DNA of 20,000 nucleotides from Chiloscyllium plagiosum (Eukaryota), in assembly GCF_004010195.1 (NCBI RefSeq), contig NC_057718.1:43634086-43654085 (forward strand), written 5' to 3'. The notes beneath the pieces are model-generated. The model made no database searches. It had not been told where the DNA came from and worked only from the letters and a program-made list of their open reading frames with translations. The stretch's first letter is position 1; each line of letters starts with the position of its first letter. Position numbers and translations under genes: made by a program. Of this stretch, positions 10,532-20,000 are shown one piece after another.

Positions 10532-12266
10532 CTATTTTATTAAACAAACCATTGGTTTGCTTAAGTTACTCTTCAGGTACACAGACTATTTTGCATGTAG
10601 CACCTCAGATCTCCAGAAGATTGCTTTATACAGCATTGCATAGTAGTGAGGTTTTAATCTGCAAGGAAAGTAAGGCAGCGATCAGAGATTATCAGTAATG
10701 ATACTTAGGATGTGGAGGAAAAGGATGAGAATGATGATGAGGAGGAAGCTAGTGAAGCAGTACAGCATTAGCTGCTCGCATTGGTGCCAGGGACATTGTT
10801 ATTATATCAAGTAGGCCTCATGGGTGAGAGTGGAAACACTTCATGTCTCTTTTTACAATTATCTCTCTCATGGACTAGCAAATAACATGTAAGACCAAGA
10901 TTAACCTACTTGCTATTCTATTTAAGTGACAGGCATTTTGGCATGCAGCGTATACCTGGCCTCAGTCGAGGTGGACATGGTCTAAGTGGATTGCAACCTT
11001 AGTTATTCCATGGAGATAGTCACTCTATCCATTGACTGGGAGATCATTGCAAGTAGGTGTTTCCATTCTGCCACCTATTGCAAATGGTAGACTTTCATGT
11101 ACATCATGTATTCAATTCTCCTTTTTGTCAATGGTTTCCAGAGTATAGCATCTGTACAGAATTCCACATCTTTGGAAAATACATCCATATTTAGCAGCTA
11201 TTCCCAACAATCCCCGCTCCACCCCACCCCCCACTCCCGACAAAATTTTAAATCCTATTGCTGCTCTTCTCATCATACTTTTCATCAGATTTTAATGACT
11301 CCTATGCTACATTTGATAGAAATTACCTAGGCAAACTAGCCAGTCTATAATTTATTGATCTGGTTACCAGTTGGCACTCTGTTCTCCTTTTCCCATTAAT
11401 CGCACAAAAAACTTTATGAAAAAGTCACAAATTTTGAGTGACTAAATCTTACAATGAAGTTGTAAATTGAATTTTGCAACAATCAATTTTATTAGATATT
11501 GTATAATAACTACATTTTCCCATTTTTTATCTATTAATATGTTGATTGAAATCTTAACTTGACGATTTCAGCTTGTTGCAAAAGTTGAGGTCTGGATGCG
11601 GCAGAAATTCAAAGTAAATGCAGAGAACATTTCCTGTGCTTGAATAATGACACCCCCAATTTTACTCCAGGTTTCAATTCAGTGGAATCAAATGGTGCAA
11701 ATAGAGAGCCAATGAAGAGTAAACCAAATTTGAGTATTTCTGGTATTTTTGTGGCCTTCAAGTAGGTGAGGCTTTGAAGTTGTGAAATTAGGTATGTGGG
11801 GATGAGGATAGTGGGTGAGGTGGGAGGTGATGATGAATAGGAAATACAAAAATTTTTTCAGAACATAGGGGAGAAAAGTGGGATTCCACTCTACTTTCAA
11901 GTCAGTACATTCCAAAAATTTGCTTTGTTGTCAGATAGCCCGAAGGTCAGGGTTTGTAGCTTGTTGTAGAAGCATCACGGCAACTGCTAATAAAGTGGAC
12001 ACATCCTACATGATGTACTATTTGTGATCATGCACAAGTTGTACATTAACAGATTATATTCCTACGAATCATGAAGGCTGTTGACATGGGGAGAGTCTGC
12101 TAGAACCCAAGATCCCTATCTGCTACTTCTGGTTCTTCCTGGGACATATGAGGGAAATGTTTGTTGTATGAAATATTACACCAGTCACCATCTTAATTCT
12201 ATCATAAAGTGTAGACTTACTGACATTATCCCATGTGGCAGCCAGGAAAGAGTTGGAGGCAAAGAA

Positions 12267-12509
12267 TTAACTTTGACTGTGATGGCACGTGCTGTTTGAG
12301 CAGTGGGAACTAATTGAAGCCTTGTTGCTGCAAGTAACACAACTCTTTTGTATCTGCCTGAAATCTGTGCAGCCTTCCAATACATTGCACTTTGTCAAGG
12401 AGCAAGTAGGTTGTCCTGGATCTGCATATTCTGTTAAGAGTTGTGCAAATACGCTATCTTCCACTTGCTGCATTTGCAGCTTCAGTTCTATTTCCTTCTC
12501 CTTCTCTTT
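12267..12509 (-). CDS. Probable terminal coding exon of an unidentified protein (KEKEKEIELKLQMQQVEDSVFAQLLTEYADPGQPTC...HHSQS*)
   Basis: Acceptor ctttgtaatgttag| is followed by 80 open codons to TAA: a charged helical segment, then a Cys/Ser-rich tail. Phase 0 matches the 13733-13763 exon. Candidate AATAAA signals lie downstream at 11488-11493 and 11351-11356 (minus strand). Confidence 0.55.
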   Translation of the reverse strand, partial: KEKEKEIELKLQMQQVEDSVFAQLLTEYADPGQPTCSLTKCNVLEGCTDFRQIQKSCVTCSNKASISSHCSNSTCHHSQS

Positions 12510-13094
12510 CTAACATTACAAAGGTGCCTGGTATTTCAGAGAGTTCAGAATGTTCTACATCCATTAAAATTATCCAACTATTGAAGAAAGTTCTCTGAAC
12601 TAGAAACCTGAATAATGACACTTATGGAATCCGATATACTAAGACTTGGACCTCATTTCAATGGAGTTCATGGACTGCAGACAGCAACAGGCAGCTGATT
12701 GGTGAAGTGCAATGGAAGAGCTTGTGTTCCTGTTGCTTGCAAGTAGGTGAGGAAATTGGGGAAAGCAGGAAATGGAAGTTTGATTGAATTGAGAGGCAGT
12801 GATGGCTAGTGTTCAGAATAGATAGCCATTTTGCAGAGGTAGGGTGGAGAGGTATTGGTTGACAGGCAGGTAGCATGAATTGGGAACAGCATTGATTACC
12901 AGCAGTAGCTAGCAATCCCCCTGACCCTATCTACAGGCATATATATTTTAAAAGAATACTGTTGTTTACTACTTAAAGGTTGTTGAGGAACATTTATTTG
13001 GCTGTAGGTGGGTTTGATTTTGCTGAGTACAGCCTATGTTGGCTGCCTCAGAACAAACCTGTCAGACTTTTTAGTACCCAAAAATAAAAAGTAA

Positions 13095-13466
13095 CCACTG
13101 CTTCTAGTGTGTGCCAATAGAGTGCCTGCAGCTCTCTTGCACAAGTGGCTGATATGAATTAACAGAAACATTCGTGGTCCAACTTGCTTTCATCTATCAG
13201 GCAATATTCAGAGAATGGGGGAAGCACCAGCTGCCATGTGGAAAATTCCAGGCACCACTCAGAGAGTGCCTTAATAGCCCCTATAATTGACCTTTTTTGC
13301 CACCCATTACTGTGGCAGGCCAGAAATATCCACTGTCCATAGAGCACTGCTTTAAAATTTGCTGAAGGCAGGATCATGCAGTAGACTGGTGTGCTGGCTG
13401 TTGATACAAATTTGCTGGCAAATATGACTCCAAGCTGACCTTCGCACCTCTCCAGAAATCCAGCCC
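13095..13466. mobile_element. Decayed MITE-like non-autonomous DNA element (possibly Harbinger-derived)
   Basis: Ends in aaatccagccc (reverse complement gggctggattt, a TIR-like end). Contains the imperfect palindrome 'tgtgccaatagagtgcctgcagctc' and 'ttaatagcccctataattgacc'. The left end is undefined. Confidence 0.4.
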
Positions 13467-13487
13467 AAGGTATTCAGTGAAAGAATT

Positions 13488-13712
13488 AAAGGCCTGATGA
13501 GTTTTTTTCCTCTGCAACGGCTTGTGATCTGGAATGTACTGCTTTAATGGGTGGTGAAAGTATATCCATTACTAACTTTCAAACGGGAATTGGGGGAATA
13601 CTTCAAGGGCAAAGTGACAGCAGAGGAAGCAAAGAGTGAGATAATTTGGATAACTCCACAAAGAACAGACACAAACATGAGGGGAAAATGGCCTCCTATG
13701 ATTTTATGATTC
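13488..13712 (+). mobile_element. Old CR1 LINE 3' end fragment
   Basis: Decayed 'FFxQRxVxxWNxL' coding (tttttttcctctgcaacggcttgtgatctggaatgtactg), then actttcaaacgggaattgg and a 3' end aaatggcctcctatgattttatgattct. Confidence 0.75.
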
Positions 13713-13732
13713 TGTAATTTTGAAATACTTAC

Positions 13733-13763
13733 CACAACATCAGCTTCAGAAATAAGAGAGTAT
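13733..13763 (-). CDS. Probable 31-nt internal exon (xYSLISEADVV)
   Basis: tatttgtttctaag|ATACTCTCTTATTTCTGAAGCTGATGTTGTG|gtaagt has a consensus donor and joins in frame to the exon starting at 12509. Confidence 0.5.
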
Positions 13764-14414
13764 CTTAGAAACAAATAGATATCTATTAAGTTTGATAAAA
13801 GGCCAAATTGAAATGCTATGCAAGAAAGTTCCCATAAAATCTCATTTGAGTACATACATAAGTGGACTGAGTATTAGTCAAAAAAAAAGTATTAATCAAG
13901 AGACACTGTACACATTAGCCAGAGAGAGCCAGAGTCTATGCATGGCCAAACTTCTAAGTATTTTACATCAGCTGCCAAAATAACACAGTAATAGCACTTA
14001 AGTCAGGATGTCTTCCTCATTTTCAAAATGCAACCATTAGAAAGAGAGCTATCATTCTGTCTGAGTAGTTCAAGAATGATGAAGTTACCAGATTTTACTT
14101 AAGGAAGTCACACTCTGTACCCTGTATTTTCACTAACAATCTCCCATAGTTTCTGTTTTGCTGTGATAAGATTACATTCATGCATAACTTAGTTGAGTAA
14201 TTGTGCACTAAGTGCTATGTTGTATTATTTCTGTAGTATACAATTGATTATTGGTTGAATAATTAGCTTGAATTCCTAATTGATTAAGTAATAAAGATTT
14301 AGTTTTGCATAAACAATGTATGATGACAATTTTTGAAATCAAATTGACACAGAATTTGATCTCCTTGCAATCCAAAATCAAAGCAACTAATTTTCAAATA
14401 GTTGTCTTTCTTAC

Positions 14415-14504
14415 AAGAATATTATTTTTCTGCACAATGAATGCATTTTGTTGCTCTTGCCAAGAACAAGCTCTTCATTATAACATTCAGCGTCTGTAGG
14501 CACA
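14415..14504 (-). CDS. Candidate 90-nt internal exon (VPTDAECYNEELVLGKSNKMHSLCRKIIF)
   Basis: Strong acceptor attatttcttcttttag| and donor TT|gtaaga; phase 2 fits the 31-nt exon. An internal GC donor (TG|gcaaga at 14460) is an alternative, so the 3' boundary is uncertain. Confidence 0.35.
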
Positions 14505-17057
14505 CTAAAAGAAGAAATAATTATGCAAATGCAATACTCCAGATTAATAAAACCACATTACTGAGCACCTTTGTTTCTGTCCTTCAATTAGTTTTCTGCT
14601 TTGAATTCAATTTCATTTGCGCATTAAACTACTGACTTGATGTATGGACTCATGAATCTAAGGATGTTGCCAGGAATTTAAAAAAATCAAAAATGTGCAG
14701 CAAGCAGTGGAAATCAGTTGAAATGAATTAGTTCCACCTTTGACTAGAACACTTGAACAGTGTTGGAATTCTCTGATGATTCATCCTTGTTAATTATATG
14801 ATCATTTATTTCAGGGAGATGGACACTGTTTCAGATGTAGTGGTACAGAATAATCTGAGGTATTTTAAGATGAAAGAAAGCAGAATAATCCTTGAGCAAT
14901 ACAGTCATGGGTGAATTATATGGTTCTTTATACCTACACAAGAATAAAATTAAATATACTGTACATGTCACATAAATTTTAACTTTTAAAATGCATTATT
15001 TATATAACACAGGTTACATCAAAGATTTTTAATATTTCATTTTTCAAAATTAAAACTAGTCTACAGCTCAAAAAAAAATGCAGAAAGCAGTACACACAAA
15101 GGACACAAGATTCTACCACCCAAAAAAAGGGTGTCTCTATTCTCATGTGAAAAAAGGGATGGAATTTCCTTTTTTGATTAACTGAATAGGGTGTCAGGCC
15201 AAAATAATTTAAATTCCCCAAAGTTGGCTTGTTAAGAGGACTAAAACAAAACTGGACTTCATTTGGTTTCATTAAGAATTCCCAGAAAATTATATATTCT
15301 GCTGCACACCAAAAACAAACATACTCCAAAGAATAGCTTAAAACAAACCTAAGTATTTACTGTATACCATAATGCAATTGTAAACATGTTGAATTTGACT
15401 GGTTGGATTCAAGTCCAGCTGAACTGCTCCAAAAAATCCAAACTACATCTGGTGAAATCAGTTCTACTTTACTTCTAAATTCATACAGAATTAGCCCCAA
15501 CTCTACTGATAGAGCTGACATCTTAGAAGATATCACAGTGAAATCCAGTTATAGAACTTAATAAGTTCTAATCTTTTTTTTTAAATATGTCAAACAGTTA
15601 TATAGAGGTCACACTTTAGGCAAATTTTTCATCCATTTCAATATATTGCATTTGGTATCATTATATACTTTACTTTTTATAAATAATTCACAGACATAAA
15701 TGCACACACTTTTGTTGAGAGCATTATGTTTGATATTTGCGCATTTATAAAATAGTGCTATATTATCATATGTGAACGTGAATATGTAAAGAAGTACTAG
15801 AGATATCCATGTGACCATTTGCTTTTGGGCATTGCAGTCATCTGAATTCCATCTTCTAAAACTTGGTGCTTTTATAGTAAAGAAATTGTTAAAAGCAGGA
15901 GATGTGTACAATACTGTAAAATTATAATACAAATACGATGATCTATATGTAATAAAAAATGAAAAGAATATGTTACTGTTCATTAATTTTCAAATCTAGG
16001 TAGCACTATAATGAGAATGTAAGATTGGTCCCAAGGTGACTTACAGACTGGTTGGGTTGTATCTATTAATAAATTCAATAACAAATAATAATGTTTGTGA
16101 AGATAAGCTGATAATCTATTAATCATAAAGACGGAAATCTTTACCTTCAAATATATTAAAACGAAACTCCATTTTATTGTTTGTTTGCAGTGCGACTGGA
16201 AGATTTAATTGCACAATATTATAAACAATTTATTGTTAATTACAAGCACAAAATTTGCAGTAACATGCTTGCAGATTCTCATGAATCATGCAGCACTCCT
16301 AGAGATTTATAACATACATATAAGTGGGATGAATTAGCAGGGTTTAATAACACAGACACAAATCATGCAGAATTCAAGGAGGTTTAATTGATATACTAGA
16401 ATATGACGGGCATGAATCACTCAGCCACTGAGCAGTACTGGAACATATGGTCAGCCCAATATGCTGCATCTTAAAATGGTTAGTATACTTGGTATATTGT
16501 TAGTTTCCAGAAAAATTTTGCACCAACTTACCATTGTATTTAAGCAAAATAAAATGTGATTGTTATAGAAATTACATTTCATTTCCTTTTATCCACGATG
16601 TCAAGTTTGTGTCGAAAATTAAGTATATATAGATCTGTATATTTTATGTAAATATATATTTGGTGCTGCTTGAACATTTTTTCTGGTTCTGATGGCACAG
16701 ATTGGAAAGGGTCCTGATGACTGGAGGTGATGAGTTTTAAATCTTTCCAATCCTCATGTCTGTTTGTGTACATAGTAACACTTATTATTAAAGTGTGCTG
16801 CCATTACCTTGAATAACCATCTGTTCATCCTAGAACATTGACATCTGCAGGACATTTCAGAAACTCAGTTATATCCAGGGAACTGAACTGGGGAAAGGCA
16901 AATTCTTTGGCCTATTGATTCAATTGCTGACTTGAAATAATGGCCAAAGGCATCTATTTCCCATTTCAAGCACATATCAATCACTGAAGATTATCTTTTC
17001 ATTAGCCACATAACCAAATTAAAAATCACATGTATGTGTTTGATATTGTAGCTTTTT

Positions 17058-17330
17058 AGGCTGAGATTTAGTGCTCCATGCACAAATGTGGTCAGGCACC
17101 TTCAGAGATGACCTCCCCACTCACCCTAACAGAAAGAAACCTTGCCAGATCAAGCTCCCTTCAGACATGTGAGAACTTACTGGCAAGCTTCTTGGCAAAT
17201 GAGCCTGGATATTGAAATGCTGCTCCACCAGAAGCTGCCAGCTAATCAGAGACCAGCACCTTCTGGCTCTGAGAAATTGTCATTACAGTCAGTTCTGATG
17301 TAATGTGATAGTTCAATTTTTGTGGGATCT
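17058..17330. mobile_element. Decayed MITE-like element
   Basis: Starts aggctgagattt (TIR-like) and carries the hairpin motif gaagctgccagctaatcagagaccagcaccttc. Boundaries are approximate. Confidence 0.4.
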
Positions 17331-17893
17331 CACATTATAAGAACATCACGTAGTAGGCATGCCATATAAACTAATGCGGCCAAAATCATGTAATATTCAA
17401 TACAGGTAAGGAAAGTATGCATTCTACAAATAACGATCTAAATTCTTCAATTGTGTTAAAGCCAACTCTCATTGAAGAAACAGGTGTTATAGTACAGCCG
17501 AGTGCATATGCCCAGAATCTAGTGGCTTAAACAGTGATAAGATAAGTATTTTTCTTTCCTCTCAAGTGAGGTGGAGTTTGTGGAGAGAGGGAGATTAGAG
17601 GCAAAGTTGGAGTTTGCCATTGCGTTGCCCTCTTAACTCAATCGACAGGTCAAACCTCAATTGAAACCAGTCAGTTTTCTTGTCTGCTGGGACGGCAGAT
17701 AATCAAACCAATGGTGAGTAGACCCTTTAATGGCTATTGTAATGACAAAATAAGAGCTTTAATTGATGATGAGTCAAGAAGATTGCATGTAGACCTTAAT
17801 CACTGAGATGGCAAGGAAGAGTTATGTATCTCTCTGAGTCTAACTCACCCAGTTATTTGCCCATCTCAGCACCTTCCTTGCCACCTCCACAGA

Positions 17894-17919
17894 AGGGATA
17901 ATCATTAGGGATAATCATT
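17894..17919 (+). repeat. 13-bp perfect tandem duplication (agggataatcatt)x2
   Basis: Seen directly. Confidence 0.95.
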
Positions 17920-18298
17920 TCTATGTTATTGATAACATAAGGAATTAAATGAAATTAATACACTATGCACTTTTCCATAGTATATCATTGTCAAACAAAT
18001 AGGAGGAAATATCCCCAGCCTTTTGGTGGATCTCTGCAGTTTGACTTTTTGATTTGGATAACTTTATTGTGTTTCCCTTTAAATCATATGAACAGTTAGG
18101 TGGTTCTGAATTATTTTACCACTCGAAACTAATCTTAGGTGGTTTATGTGCATGTTTTCTGCAAATACCAATGTTATGCTTCAGAGCACAAATCAAACTA
18201 CTGCTCTAATTTGATGCAAAATTAAAAAAAAATAATGTATTCCTATTTTTACTTTAACAATTTTTACGTACTTGCACAAAAATAATGTGAGAAATGTC

Positions 18299-19659
18299 AG
18301 GCTAAATCTTACCAGAAATTGGTCATGTGTCAGTTTTAGTGAGTTTCATGGAGGGTTTCTCTCCATGATGCCTTCCAAGTTGTCTTACGCTATGATCCCA
18401 ATGTACCTTATTATCTGTGCACCAGCACCCCCCTTTGGTGCCCCATTGGTCATATCCTTCTAGTGTTACAGCTGGGAGCTCCTGGGATTTCCAGCTGCAC
18501 CGTTGAAGCTCAGCCATGCACTAGATCAGTTTGAAGCTGCCCCTGCATGGTTCCCAAGGGAAACTGATATCCCACTTTGCTGGTAGAGATCTGGAGGCTG
18601 TGGTAAACAAAGCGCTGCAGACGACAGTCAACCTTTACCCTTGGGACTGATGGAATGGACTATGCCACCAAATGTTGCCAGCTGAGAATGAGCTTGCCAC
18701 ATGGATCAATGTAATTCCACAGTCAGGAAGAATGTCCAGCAATGCAGAAAGAAGGTCATTGACCTCTGCTATACAAGGTCAGAGCCATCATCGTCTTTTT
18801 GCTACCTAACATTCATTCTATATCTTCTGCTGCACTCACCTTCAACTGAGGCTCATGGTCTACTGTTGTCAAGACTACCATTCAATCTGAGCCACCTAAT
18901 CCCCCACACCGCTAACCTTGCGCTGCCTCTATGCTGCCTTCTCATGCACTCAGGAGTGCCTCACCTCCCACCACCAACCGCCCCCCCAATCTTCACAGCA
19001 CTAAGATCTATGCCAGCCTCTTTCATTTCACTCAATGCTTCTCTTTGTCTCAGTTTAGGAGAGAATGGCTGACAATAGCGTACAAAGGACTAAGAAAGAG
19101 AGGAGTGGGGAGGGGGGTGGGGGGGGGGAGGTGGAGTGGCCGACATAGATTTCCTCTCACTGGACAATGACAGGATATCCAAGTCACCGGACTGATATTG
19201 GATTTGGCTCATGACTTAGAGCGCTGTGACCCTCTGACTGAAGGTGGTCTCCTTGACAGAGGACTGCTCCCTTTGGACTTTGAGACATGGCCATTTGGTT
19301 GATGCACATGCCATGTTTATATCGCATTCGCTGCTGGCATCTGGCGCATTGTGAGATTAACATAGCATTGTGGCATTCATTAATATGTCCATCCCCTTGA
19401 CTGATGACTCCTGCCAAGCTGCATGGCTTTGTGCCTGCACTAAAAAGCAAGTTAAGCCAAAAACCCTGAGAGTCAATGAACTCTGGCTGAGTGGACAGAG
19501 TGCAAAAAGGCAATGCAAAGCATGAAATGGCAACACACAAATGCAGTGAACATCCAAGCTGGATCAAAATGAGTGAACATTAAAGAATAAGAAAGGAGAT
19601 ACTCTGTATCAAATCCATGCAGAATGCTGAGTAACCTTTGAGAAGCTAAAGGCAATCTT
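18299..19659 (+). mobile_element. PIF/Harbinger-like DNA transposon relic
   Basis: Possible TIR aggctaaatcttacc at 18299 and a broken Myb/SANT-like gene inside. The right boundary is set only by the start of the CR1 at about 19660. Confidence 0.6.
18547..19170 (+). pseudogene. Myb/SANT-like DNA-binding protein pseudogene (Harbinger accessory ORF type) with an intron
   Basis: With frameshifts: MVPK/KLISHFAGRDLEAVVNKALQTTVNLYPWD*...ENELATWIN/STVRKNVQQCRKKVIDL, matching the 'F...LE.L...W.E.A..VN...R...QCRKK..DL' pattern. A putative intron at 18778-19058 (gtcaga...tttag) is followed by ERMADNSVQR...GGG...PLT. Confidence 0.7.
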
Positions 19660-20000
19660 AATGGTATAACGGCTGCAGAAAGGCAGTTCGAGGGGGATCT
19701 GCCTTTGGAGGTAGTATGGGCTGAAATCAGAAATAGGAAAGGTGCAGTCACCTTGTTGGGTGTTTACTATAGACCCCCCAATAGCAGCAGAGATGTGGAG
19801 AAACAGATTGGGAAACAGATTTTGGAAAGGTGCAGAAGCCACAGGGTAGTAGTCATGGGCCATTTCAACTTCCCAAATATTGATTGGAAGCTCTTTAGAT
19901 CAAGTAGATTGGATGGGGCGGTGTTTGCGCAGTGTGTCCAGGAAGCTTTTCTAACTCAGTATGTAGATTGTCTGACCAGAGGGGAAGCCATATTGGATTT
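19660..20000 (+). mobile_element. CR1 LINE ORF2 AP-endonuclease region, 5'-truncated and running off the window
   Basis: Stop-free frame from 19663: GITAAERQFEGDLPLEVVWAEIRNRKGAVTLLGVYYRPPNSSRDVEKQIGKQILERCRSHRVVVMGHFNFPNIDW...FLTQYVDCLTRGEAILD, with YRPP and GxFN motifs. Confidence 0.95.

Noticed and set aside
10700..10800. Acidic-coding GA-rich stretch (EEKDENDDEEEA)
   Set aside because: Short, bounded by stops and lacking splice sites; probably old transposon debris.
15373..15561. ATG-less frame open on both strands (HVEFDWLDSSPAELLQKIQ...)
   Set aside because: No convincing splice sites or recognisable homology; plausible by chance.
15552..15570. Palindrome tagaactta-a-taagttcta
   Set aside because: Short and AT-rich with no associated structure; not surprising in 20 kb.
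16172..16312. Strong plus-strand acceptor followed by RLEDLIAQYYKQF...*
   Set aside because: No partner exons, and it overlaps the minus-strand candidate; unsupported.
19184..19863. Several minus-strand ORFs of 66-127 aa
   Set aside because: Antisense to the Harbinger relic and CR1, with no coding signature.

Overview
AT-rich eukaryotic genomic DNA, most likely from a shark or other elasmobranch (inferred from an HE1-type V-SINE, HER1/CR1-type LINEs and other repeat types), with one 513-N assembly gap at 6159-6671. The window is mostly transposon debris: CR1 LINE fragments of several ages, an L2-like 3' end, two tRNA-derived SINEs, a decayed PIF/Harbinger Myb/SANT gene and degenerate MITE-like stretches. 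There is also the probable 3' end of an unidentified spliced gene on the minus strand: a terminal exon at 12267-12509, a 31-nt exon at 13733-13763 and weaker upstream candidates. The most unusual structure is a 69-bp Penelope-like fragment between two near-perfect 89-bp direct repeats (8467-8713). Most ORFs in the supplied track are not real genes. I see no evidence for a wholly new biological system. Repeat family names come from recalled consensus sequences, not from a database search.
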